Positions 54,714 to 64,000 of a DNA stretch of 64,000 nt are shown one piece after another. The stretch lies in assembly GCA_977017575.1 (NCBI GenBank), contig CDRNVI010000065.1:124001-188000 (forward strand), read 5' to 3'. The stretch comes from Paramoeba atlantica (taxonomy: Eukaryota > Protista > Discosea). Each line of letters begins with the position of its first letter. The stretch's first letter is position 1. The notes beneath the pieces are model-generated. The model saw only the letters and a program-made list of their open reading frames with translations. It did no database searches and was not told the origin of the DNA. A program made the position numbers and the translations under genes.

Positions 54714-57700
54714 TTAGCCCCTGACGTCTAGGCGAAATATAGGCTCTTTAGTCGACCAATAGAAGGGCTTACAGGTACGTTTCAGCGTCCGAATACAAAT
54801 TGTCCAAGTTTTTTCGAAGAATTTCCCGATGCCTAGGCCGACAGTAGAAGCAAATGAACGAGATCGACACTTCCACAAAATGTCTCGCATAGGCACCACC
54901 GTGACTATGAGTAAAGTAAGTAGCCAAGGCAAGGGAAATGAGAGAGTATTGTGCGGAATGTAGTAAGCATCAAAACCCACCGCTTGAACTCGTGGGCTCG
55001 AAAATGCACCCAAGGCGCTGCCGTAGAGAAACCAAAAAATATACCATGCAGCAAGACTGCCAAAAACAGCAAAAAGGCTCGGTAACCCAAAATTTCGTGT
55101 CTCTAACGCCACTTTTGCAGTAATAAGAAAAACAGAACACGAGTACGCAATGAAACCACACGCATGTAAAGATAGGATTCTTCCGTCGGGGGCGGAAATA
55201 GTGCCAAACGCCGAGTAATGAACAAGAAAGTGCAAAAACAAGCAGTGGTAAATCCCATTTAGCGTGTATGACCAAAATATCCTTGGGTTGAAATATTTAT
55301 TTTGAGGTCCACGTGGGTAGTACCTCTCCACCTCTTGCAAAAGCACACGATCGGTGCAGTTCTCATCAAATATACCCAAAACCATAATCGGAAAAGCAGC
55401 GAACGCAACGTTGTAAAGTGCAAGAGCCCATGGCTCATACAAACTTTGACCCGTAAAAGCATTACTGAAGCAATACAAAAATTGGGCAAATTGGAGCACA
55501 ATGTTTTTATAGAAGCTGTATAGCACCAATTTGCTAATGCGGCGATAGTTCCAATGTCCGTGAACCAGTAGTAGCCTTGAAAGAAATCGAAATTGGGCCA
55601 CACTGTAGTCCGCTGACCGAGCGGCTTGTAGTCCCTCATGACCGCATATGCCCACTCCCACATGCGCCGTTCGAATCATACTGACATCGTTTCCTCCGTC
55701 ACCTATGGATAACGTAATATTGTTGCTGTAGGACTTAGCAAGATCCACAACTTGTGCTTTTTGAAGCGGTGAGATGCGATAGCACACAATTGACCTGCAG
55801 AGAGTGCATAACTCGTATAGTAGGGAGGCTCGATAATGATATTTGATATCCTTTTTTAAAAGACATTCCAATGCAGAGCCTTCCAGCAATAACCCACAAG
55901 CATTATTTTCCTTCATAATATGCGCAATATGTGAATTTATGGTGCTTTCTATGACACATCGAGGTCGCACGCTCTTTATTTCAAGAAGCTGCATATTCGA
56001 ATTGAGAAGGCCGCATGAGTGCGCAATACTCACCGCGGTCTCTCGTTTATCTCCCGTGAGCATCCAAAATTCGATTCCCGCTCGTTTCAAGAGTTGGATT
56101 GTTTCAGGAACAGATTGTTGTAATTCGTCTTCTAGTGCACTAGCCCCTAGGAGAGACATAGAACATTCCATCTCATCGGTTAGCTTTTCTACCATTTTCT
56201 TCCGATTTTGCAGAGACGCACAAGCAGAATGGTAGCGCAAACTCCAATTTTGGTACTGTTTATGGTCTAGTACCCGAAAAGCGAAAACCAGCGTTCGCAA
56301 TCCCTCTTCCGAAAAGTGACAAATTGTTTTTTGTAGTTTTTCAATTACCGAAGGCGGAGATGTAACTCTAGACAATATCACATCATCTGCCCCCTTACAA
56401 AAAAGAAAGATCCTTTGGTCCTTGCCTCGAAGTATAATACTCATACGTTTCCGTTCCGAGGTAAATTCTAAAACGTGAAGTATTTCCCACTGTTGTTCTT
56501 GTTTGCCAGAAAAAATCACCATTCTATTTTCTGTTCTCCACAGAAGCTTTATTCCACATGCAGTGAGACCATGAACAAGACATTCTTCATCAGGTGAAGA
56601 TGCACTGTACACAGAACTTCCTGATTTAGGATCAACTTCGGCGAGAACTGTGTGGCACAATGACGCACAGATAAGAAACGGAGTACAATTTCTTATGGAA
56701 CCCACCCACAAGTCAGGTTGCAGAGTGGGTAGTTGCGGATGATCAACGTTAGAACAAGATTCCGCAGGACCATCTTTCGTGGACACCAAAGATTGCCCAT
56801 CTTTAGGAAGAGGCCTGATAATAACTTCCGTTTCTCCACCAACGCTGGCCAGGTAGGCGAATTTAATGAACTCCATCCGATTTCGCGTCAGAGTGCCAGT
56901 TTTGTCGGTGAAAATCTGCGATACTTGGCCCAATTCTTCATTCAGCGAACATGTTTGCACAACGGTGGGTATATTTTGATCGGCGTCATAAAGCTCGGGG
57001 TCATTTTGTATGCGTTTGGCCTGTAGAATCTTCACCACTTCCAACGATACGTAAAGGGAAATTGGGATCAGAGTGTTAAAAAGAATGATAAAACTAAAGA
57101 ACGACGCGAATGCGTGCCCCAATAAGCTACTATTTGTTACCTCTTCCAAGTACCAGGGTGTAGTACCGCTTGCTTCCGCAATAAACGAGCACACAGTACA
57201 CACAACACTCAGAAGGCACACCAGGAGGAGCATAAATCGAACTTGGTAATTGGCCTTTTTCTCCAAAGTAGATACTTTATGCCTCTTCTTTTTGGTATTG
57301 CGCATCAGCTTTGTATCGGAACCCGTATACACAGCCACCCCATAAGCTTCACGCGTATTTCGCAGGGCAGCTCCTCTGGGAACAAAATTTTCATCCCCAA
57401 GAGGAGTCTCCAGCACCTCACTGTTCGCGCTGCTATGGAAAAGCGTTCCCTCGAAATGAAAAATTCTCTCATTCGGGGGCTCACACACCAGTGTACCTTG
57501 AAACGTATGAACACCTAGAGGATCAAAAACCTCACGAACCCCCGATGGCGCGCTACGTACCTTTAACGAACTCTCCCCATCCAGGCTCGCGGTCTCCATG
57601 TAACACACCCCATGGGGGTTACTGCTCCACAGCACCACCATATCCACCGGGAAGGCCCTCCCCGGGACGCATTTGACCACATCCCCGACCTGCACATCCT

Positions 57701-58253
57701 GCCACCGCACATGGCGCCACTGGGCGTCGCGAAATACCGTGGCCGGGCGGTGGTTCAACTCCCGGTCCCGTACCCGCCGTTGCCAGTCCTCGTAACTGTC
57801 CTTGGCCAGCGTCAACGCAAGCACACAGGTTAGAGGGACCAGCGTCGTGAACCGCCCCGTTGGGCTGAGATGCGGAATCAGCTGCAGCACCGCAATGAAC
57901 AGAAAGTACACGTTGGTGAGCCGGTGGAACTGCTCGTAGAGGTTCTTCCACAGGAGGAAGTCGAGACGGAGTGGGTTCAGTCCGTACCGCGCGGTGTGGA
58001 TCAGGTTGGAACAGAAACCACAGGCTTGGTTCGCGGTGGTGGTGAAGGAGAGGATGCGTAGCTCCTTTTGGACGGTTTTGGCGTAGGAGACGCGTAGGGT
58101 GCTGGAGAGGGAGATGGCGTAGGGTTCCCCGGAGAGGGGACCCCCTGGGGTGGGGTCAAAACTTCGCGCGGAGAGGATGGAGGAGGAAGTGGAGGTACTC
58201 TCTATGCGCTCATTGTGATCGTGGGACGCGAGCTGCGGATTTCGATTTTCCAT
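54714..58253 (-). CDS. P4-type phospholipid-translocating ATPase
   Basis: LDGESSLK, PISLYVSLE, DKTGTLT, WMLTGDK, IGDGGNDVSMI and YFYKN-like motifs. Confidence 0.93.
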   Translation of the reverse strand: MENRNPQLASHDHNERIESTSTSSSILSARSFDPTPGGPLSGEPYAISLSSTLRVSYAKTVQKELRILSFTTTANQACGFCSNLIHTARYGLNPLRLDFLLWKNLYEQFHRLTNVYFLFIAVLQLIPHLSPTGRFTTLVPLTCVLALTLAKDSYEDWQRRVRDRELNHRPATVFRDAQWRHVRWQDVQVGDVVKCVPGRAFPVDMVVLWSSNPHGVCYMETASLDGESSLKVRSAPSGVREVFDPLGVHTFQGTLVCEPPNERIFHFEGTLFHSSANSEVLETPLGDENFVPRGAALRNTREAYGVAVYTGSDTKLMRNTKKKRHKVSTLEKKANYQVRFMLLLVCLLSVVCTVCSFIAEASGTTPWYLEEVTNSSLLGHAFASFFSFIILFNTLIPISLYVSLEVVKILQAKRIQNDPELYDADQNIPTVVQTCSLNEELGQVSQIFTDKTGTLTRNRMEFIKFAYLASVGGETEVIIRPLPKDGQSLVSTKDGPAESCSNVDHPQLPTLQPDLWVGSIRNCTPFLICASLCHTVLAEVDPKSGSSVYSASSPDEECLVHGLTACGIKLLWRTENRMVIFSGKQEQQWEILHVLEFTSERKRMSIILRGKDQRIFLFCKGADDVILSRVTSPPSVIEKLQKTICHFSEEGLRTLVFAFRVLDHKQYQNWSLRYHSACASLQNRKKMVEKLTDEMECSMSLLGASALEDELQQSVPETIQLLKRAGIEFWMLTGDKRETAVSIAHSCGLLNSNMQLLEIKSVRPRCVIESTINSHIAHIMKENNACGLLLEGSALECLLKKDIKYHYRASLLYELCTLCRSIVCYRISPLQKAQVVDLAKSYSNNITLSIGDGGNDVSMIRTAHVGVGICGHEGLQAARSADYSVAQFRFLSRLLLVHGHWNYRRISKLVLYSFYKNIVLQFAQFLYCFSNAFTGQSLYEPWALALYNVAFAAFPIMVLGIFDENCTDRVLLQEVERYYPRGPQNKYFNPRIFWSYTLNGIYHCLFLHFLVHYSAFGTISAPDGRILSLHACGFIAYSCSVFLITAKVALETRNFGLPSLFAVFGSLAAWYIFWFLYGSALGAFSSPRVQAVGFDAYYIPHNTLSFPLPWLLTLLIVTVVPMRDILWKCRSRSFASTVGLGIGKFFEKTWTICIRTLKRTCKPFYWSTKEPIFRLDVRG

Positions 58254-59017
58254 GCGGTCGGTTACGGACCCGCTTCTAGAGGGTATTTCTCCGGAATGTC
58301 CATCTTATCCCTTGATGGGATTTGACGATGAAAGATTGTTTCATGGCTCGTAAAACCTCAATTGTACCAAAAATGATGTGTAGACACAATTCGTATTTTC
58401 TTCAAACATTTTTTTGAAAACAAACGAACAAGCTTTTCTAAAACTAGGCTCTATTTAAAAAAGAAATTTTCAGCAGAAGATTTTTTATAGCATAAAAATC
58501 AGGTATTTCTCTTGGGCTTTCTTTGTAAATATGTATACATTTGAGAGATTACGTTTCCTGGAAACTAACAACAAAAATCGTACATCGAATGTCCGACGGT
58601 CAGGCCCCTCTTGTCGCCTTCGCCCTGCAACTCGTGGAAAACAATAGAGTCATGCGAAAGATGGAAGAGCACCTGGAACGAGTGAGGCAAGATTAACCTC
58701 CCTAGAGAGTTTCATCGAACGAATCGCGACTCAAACTACAGAAGCCATGAAACTGGAAATGCGTACCGCGGCGCCGGAGGCTACGATCCGAGTGCCCATG
58801 ATTTGCCACAAGAACATTTGCTTAAGCCTCGCGAATGGGAGCACCGCCACGTTTGCAGCGATTTGTATCGGGAGAACTTGGTGGGTCGGTTGGAGCACGA
58901 GGTTCGCAAACATTTTGGGAGTTCTTCGGATCCGAGTGGAGTTCTTGGGAGTGCTGAGTTCTTCGGATCCGAGATTGTTTCATGTCTCGTACCAAAAATG
59001 ATGTGTAGACACAATTC

Positions 59018-59818
59018 GGTGAAACTGAACCAATATTCGCACTTTTCTCATTTCTGGTAGAAAAAAGTTTACTTGAACATTTTTCTGCCCCCTTTTTATG
59101 ATGAATTTTGTTTTTGTACATTAATTTTATATAAACGGTGTGTTTTTTGAATTCGTTTATACTTCTTTATCAACCTTCTCACCTTTTAATGACGCGCACT
59201 GGATGCGTTAAGATTCTCGTGTCGTTCAAGAAGTATCATTAGAAAAACGTTCTCCAGGAGTGAGAATCAATGTCTTAAATGGATGCGAAAGCACTCTCCA
59301 GTGGCGCAGAAAGTGATTTGTAACAAGAACCATCGAGAGAATAGAAGAACCGCAAATTATCTATATGGACTCTGTTCCGAATAGAACGTTCCAGAATCCT
59401 CTTCTCCAAACATCGAGAATCTTGCTTCAGGAAGTCGCATAAAAATTCTGACACCCGTCACGATTTATCTCTACGCGAAAGTGTTCGCCACGAAAGATAG
59501 TGGATTACAACTGAAGGTGTGTACACGAGCACTATGGAGTGCGCTAACTCTATGGCCAAAAAGCGTCTGAAGCGGGACAGGTAGGAAGCTGGAAAAGAAG
59601 GGTACCGAATACAAGCATAAGCAGAGGTATGCACCGGAAGTTTAAAGTGTAACGGGGGTGATGCATTGTTTCAAGTTTTAGTAAATTTGAAGCAATACCG
59701 TGCATGCGTTCATTTGTAAGAAGTAAGCATGTACAAGTTGAGAAAAGTTTAAAATACGAGAAAAAAAGGATTTTTTTTTGAAAATTTGCAAAATTGCGAA
59801 TATTGGTTCAGTTTAACC
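59018..59818 (+). mobile_element. decayed, internally deleted Merlin element
   Basis: TIRs GGTGAAACTGAACCAATATTCGCA / GGTTAAACTGAACCAATATTCGCA (23/24). TSD CACAATTC at 59010-59017 and 59819-59826. Remnant peptides CLKWMRKH and WITTEGVYTSTMECANSMAK align with the intact Merlin. Confidence 0.85.
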
Positions 59819-60104
59819 CACAATTCGTATTTTGAAAATACTGTATTTTCTTTAAATATCTTTTTGAAAACAAGCGAATAAGTTTTTCTAAAACTTATTT
59901 GAACTTCTAAAACTATTAGAAAAACGAGCGAATAAAGTAAAAGAGTCAAATAAAGCAAATTTCTTTACATCTCCAGGCGCAGATTGTCTCACCTTCTAGG
60001 CCACCAGTTCTAAAATTGCCCCTATCACCTGCGCGTTACCTCTTGTATGGTGATACAATACATTGATAGACCGCAATACTCAGTGTACCGCAATACTCAG
60101 TATA

Positions 60105-60848
60105 TCAATCGAAAACCGCAAAGTCGAAAACCGGATCATTGTCGTCGTCGGAACATTCTCGAAATAGACATCCGTTCGAGACCGTAATGTTCGTTTGCCG
60201 AAAGTCATAGGTCAAATTCGGACTGTGCAGTGCCACATCGAACACACCTTTGAGTTCACTGTTCCGAGACAGCTTTACGTCAGCCAAAGTTGACGGAAGT
60301 GATGAGAAATCGACGACCCCGAAAAACATATTCTTTTCCACATCCAAGTTCTCCAGTAACGGCGGGAGCCGGAGCAGGTCAAGATTACCGGTTAATTTAT
60401 TGTTATACAGATTAATCACCTCTAAACTCGGAGGAAACAACACAAAGGGAAGTTCCCCACAAAGCTCAGAACTCAGTACGTGAAGAGTAAGTAAACTTGA
60501 AGGCAAATATTTCCAAACTAACGAACTTAATTTGTAATTCGACCAAGTAATATGTGTAGCTTGATTTCTTTCGTCACATACAACTCCAGCCCACGCACCG
60601 GCAGGCGTGTTGGTATCCCAGCTAGGATGTCTGTTCTGCACATTTTGAATCAGTCTTATCAAATCGTATTCCTGTGGTACGGAAACGGAGCTTATTTTAG
60701 CTGCACGGGCATTGCCTGAAGATTGTACGTCCGATGCACGTAGCGCACCGAATAACGAAACAGCGTTAATCATTGATATCAAAACCTTATTAGGAGATAT
60801 TGCAACAAATGTTTTTACACAAGAGTTTATATACAAGATTTTATTCAC
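60105..60848 (-). CDS. LRR-only family protein
   Basis: VQNRHPSW...AWAGVVCD cap and LRRs. Confidence 0.8.
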   Translation of the reverse strand: MNKILYINSCVKTFVAISPNKVLISMINAVSLFGALRASDVQSSGNARAAKISSVSVPQEYDLIRLIQNVQNRHPSWDTNTPAGAWAGVVCDERNQATHITWSNYKLSSLVWKYLPSSLLTLHVLSSELCGELPFVLFPPSLEVINLYNNKLTGNLDLLRLPPLLENLDVEKNMFFGVVDFSSLPSTLADVKLSRNSELKGVFDVALHSPNLTYDFRQTNITVSNGCLFRECSDDDNDPVFDFAVFD

Positions 60849-61542
60849 TTCTTGGCTATAATAATACTAGTTGTAACTTTACGCAGCAAAATCAGTTTGA
60901 CGTGCAATGTTGATATCATAAGATTTGATCAATGGATTGACAGATAAGAATTTTTCATCATAGAGTTATTCCCCCCTCCATTAATTTCTATAAATATAAA
61001 TTATAACAAAAAATCAAATTTATATAAATATAAATATTTATTATAATTGTAAAAATTAATGAAGTGGGGTATTCTCTTTGGTCGGTACCAAGGGTATTTC
61101 CCTTGGTGGGTGGACGTTCGAACATACTTTTGTGGACCTCCTGGGTACGGGCTACTCTCAACTCAAAGGACAAGGTACGCTCCCAGGCGCTCCCACCCAG
61201 TTTCAACCCTCTGAGAAAGAAGAGCGATGTGTGGGCAGGCTCACCAGTGACAATGAACACTCCATAGTTAGCCTGCCATGTGTAAAAAAGATAAAAAACG
61301 GCTCCGTTGGTACAAAATTGAAAACAAAAATCAAAAAATGGGGGGTCGCCACACCTGGGGATGACCGCCCTGGTACATTCTAAAATATTTTATGCACTCG
61401 AAACCATGATAAAGTCTTGTAGGTTAAATTTTTCCAACAACATGATTACCACATCCTCTAACTGAAGCAAAAGAGATTAAGAAAAAGAAAAAAAATATTA
61501 AGACAAAGGTCCTTGGCGCTTCCAGGCGCTCCCACCCAGAGT

Positions 61543-61646
61543 CACCCCTCTAAGTATACACCCTAAGGGTACTTAGGGTGCAAATCCCTAACACCCTTAG
61601 TACATACCTTAGGGTACAATACCCTAAGTATACCCCTGTATACTAA
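61543..61646. repeat. low-complexity cluster of CCCTAAG/CTTAGGG hairpins
   Basis: CACCCTAAG-GGTA-CTTAGGGTG (61559-61580) and CTTAGGGTA-CAA-TACCCTAAG (61608-61628). Confidence 0.7.
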
Positions 61647-61705
61647 GTAATGTACCAAGTACCCGCATGAAACACGTTCGCAAGATGTATGGTGGACAAA
61701 AATTT

Positions 61706-62683
61706 TCACTTACTAGCCAAAGCACGGAGCACACTTGTATGTATTGTGACACCCGCTGGATGCCTGTCATTAAGCCAATCTTGAACCATATTGTCGGCTC
61801 CCATATACTTTTGATTGCACAGTGCGATATTGGCAGCCTGATCGTTGTTGCTTTCAGGATCTTTCATGTCAGCTCCATACATGCCGATCGTCGCAACACG
61901 GTGTTGCGCAATATAACGTGCACTTTCGTTAAATTTTTCACAATTTGTGTCATTTCCCCGCAAAAGTACAACAGAAGCCATATGTCCCATACCTGAGGGA
62001 AGAAATCCATTCAAGCTGTGTACATAAAAACCTACTGCCGTGTGCTTTCCTACCTCAGCTACATGGGAGTATTTCTTGTTGAAGACAACATTTTCTGGTA
62101 GACGCGCGTATCCCCCCGTTACAGAAATTACGGGTAATCCTTCGTGAAGGATTTGAAAATGAGACATGATGACTCGTTCCTTGAGGCGCGTGCTTAGATG
62201 TTCAAAATGGGGACCAAGAAATTTATGATACTTTGCAAGGTAAGTATTTAAATCAGTGATTATACCCTCTTGTGAAATATCTTGTTGGTCAAATTTCCAC
62301 TCGTGCGATGACAAATACTCTGTCACGTTCTGCAGTGCAGATTGAAAAAGGGAACTTCGTGCGGCAAAGTCAGTTTCAGAGTTTATTTCCATCATCCAAC
62401 CATATTTGGGAAGAGATCCACAAAGTAATAATCCATGCCGTGACTTGCAATCGGTTCTACGCGATCGAACAGAAGTCCCTCCGTTCTTGATCAACCAATT
62501 AATGCATTCGTCCTTATCGATTCCGCAAGTCTGAACGCTTTTCATGACATCATTCAGTGAAGCACTTGTTAGGTGGCGCAGTTCTCGAATAAGGCTTTTT
62601 GATTCTGTAGAAAGCCTTCTTCGAAACAACGAGAACAGGTCGTGATTTCCAAAGCTATGCATGCGCCTTAGAAGAGTAACCAT
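61706..62683 (-). CDS. tsf: mitochondrial elongation factor Ts
   Basis: SLIRELRHLTSASLNDV UBA-like start and MEINSETDFAAR signature. The likely ATG is 62683, with a presequence-like N-terminus. Confidence 0.8.
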   Translation of the reverse strand: MVTLLRRMHSFGNHDLFSLFRRRLSTESKSLIRELRHLTSASLNDVMKSVQTCGIDKDECINWLIKNGGTSVRSRRTDCKSRHGLLLCGSLPKYGWMMEINSETDFAARSSLFQSALQNVTEYLSSHEWKFDQQDISQEGIITDLNTYLAKYHKFLGPHFEHLSTRLKERVIMSHFQILHEGLPVISVTGGYARLPENVVFNKKYSHVAEVGKHTAVGFYVHSLNGFLPSGMGHMASVVLLRGNDTNCEKFNESARYIAQHRVATIGMYGADMKDPESNNDQAANIALCNQKYMGADNMVQDWLNDRHPAGVTIHTSVLRALASK

Positions 62684-63107
62684 TTGTAGTACCGAAAAAT
62701 AATATAGCACGTAGTAACCTACAGTATGGTAAAAATGTAAAGCTATGGTTCACGTCCAGTAGTATACAAATAGATGCCTACAGATACGCATATACGGGGA
62801 CATCATTTCATGGTTACGTATCAAAAAAGTATCTGTCAACTGCGAAGTATAGAACTGGATCGTATTAGCAAAGCCCATGTAGTGAAAGACGCAAATTAAA
62901 TTCCCAGTTGTAAAATACCGATTAATAAAGAGATAGACTACTTGTAAAGCTGTTACTCATTGTAATAACTGTTATTTGCAAGTGCAGAAGAATGATGACC
63001 ATAAAAAAAGCAAAAATTATCATGCTGAGCATCACGTTCGTAGTCAAAAAGTAAAGGTAGAATCAGGAAGACCTGATGTTAAAAACATATCCGTTCTTGC
63101 GCAAAAA

Positions 63108-64000
63108 TCATTGCTGGGCACATGTAGCTGTCTGTCCGCGAGGGCCGTCATCGTCGTCTTCGTCGTCCGTAGCAAAGAATGGCATACCAGAGCCTCGCCG
63201 TGAACCTTCCTTGGCTCCCTTGTTAAGGTCTACCATTGTAGGGGCAAGGAAACATTCCTCATAGTCAGGGTTGGGCTTCGGCTTGCTCGGAGACCCAAAC
63301 ACAGAACGTAGGGCTGTCGCTTCTTTTTCTGTGACGGATTTCGGGTACTGCACTTTAAACTGTATCACAAGCTGTCCCTTCTCTATCCCACCTGTGCCTG
63401 GGACGGGCATTCCCTCCCTGTCGACGGCCCATAAGTGGTCCGGGTCCAGCACCACTCCTGCGGGGGGCTGTATCAATAGTTTCCTCCCGTCCAGGTGTTC
63501 CACAACCAGCTGGAACCCCGTAAGCGCCTGGACCAATGAGATCGTTTTATCCATCAGTAGATGCGAGCCCTTTCGCTGAAATCGATCATGGGGTTTTTGG
63601 TCAAACACAATAATAATGTCCCCCGCGAGCCGTACTCCGGCAATCTGGTCTCCTTCCCCCGTAAACGTGACGTGGTCGCCTCTCTTCGCCCCTTTATCAA
63701 TGTGCACCTCAAACACCTTCTTCTCCTTCACCACCTGTTTCCCCCCACACCCTTTGCACCGGTCCTCGGGGCGGCACGCAAACCCGCTCCCGTTGCAAGT
63801 GCTGCACTGGACCTGCATTTGCTGCATAAACATCGGTCCGAGCTGTCGGGTCACCATCTGGACCCCACGACCCCCACAGGGGCGGCACGTGCCCTCGACC
63901 CCTTCCTTGTTGGTGCCTCGACCCCCACAGGAGGCACAAAACCGGTCCCGGGTGATGGCCAGTTTGGAGACTTTTCCCGTGTAGAAGGCCTCGAGGGCGA
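63108..64000 (-). CDS. type I DnaJ/Hsp40 (DNAJA-like), 3' part; 5' end lies outside the window
   Basis: The frame stays open to the right edge. Four CxxCxGxG-type repeats (CASCGGRG, CRPCGGRG, CSTCNGSG, CKGCGGKQ), a C-terminal domain, and a CAAX-like CAQQ end. Confidence 0.92.
   Translation of the reverse strand, partial: ALEAFYTGKVSKLAITRDRFCASCGGRGTNKEGVEGTCRPCGGRGVQMVTRQLGPMFMQQMQVQCSTCNGSGFACRPEDRCKGCGGKQVVKEKKVFEVHIDKGAKRGDHVTFTGEGDQIAGVRLAGDIIIVFDQKPHDRFQRKGSHLLMDKTISLVQALTGFQLVVEHLDGRKLLIQPPAGVVLDPDHLWAVDREGMPVPGTGGIEKGQLVIQFKVQYPKSVTEKEATALRSVFGSPSKPKPNPDYEECFLAPTMVDLNKGAKEGSRRGSGMPFFATDDEDDDDGPRGQTATCAQQ

Noticed and set aside
1-64000. tRNA (including tRNA-Sec) or rRNA genes
   Set aside because: No cloverleaf or conserved rRNA segments were recognised by eye; a tRNAscan-SE or Infernal run would be needed to exclude them.

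Overview
Eukaryotic, intron-free DNA in which every recognisable housekeeping gene lies on the minus strand. This looks like a kinetoplastid-type polycistronic cluster; a Perkinsela-like lineage is my inference and is not proven. Core genes: two P4-ATPase flippases, NPEPL1-type M17 aminopeptidase, Utp12/WDR3, coatomer alpha, thioredoxin reductase, gamma-tubulin complex protein, Rrp46, mitochondrial EF-Ts and a type I DnaJ. Six copies of a small LRR-only gene family are interspersed. The strongest signal is the thioredoxin reductase: it ends TGC-TGA-GGG-TAG (Cys-Sec-Gly-stop) and is followed by a complete SECIS hairpin, so it is very likely a selenoprotein that the ORF track truncates. About 25.6-32.5 kb, 36-53 kb and 58-61.6 kb are transposon-rich. 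They hold an intact Merlin element and two decayed Merlin relatives, a hAT-like element with a nested Tc1 deletion derivative, further Tc1 remnants, MITEs, an (ATC)n-tailed retro-insertion and a 27-bp palindromic minisatellite. They also hold an intact 1613-aa RT/REL non-LTR retrotransposon carrying five Mer3-like Cys/His fingers. Spliced-leader-like 15-20-mers sit at the 5' ends of both retro-inserts.
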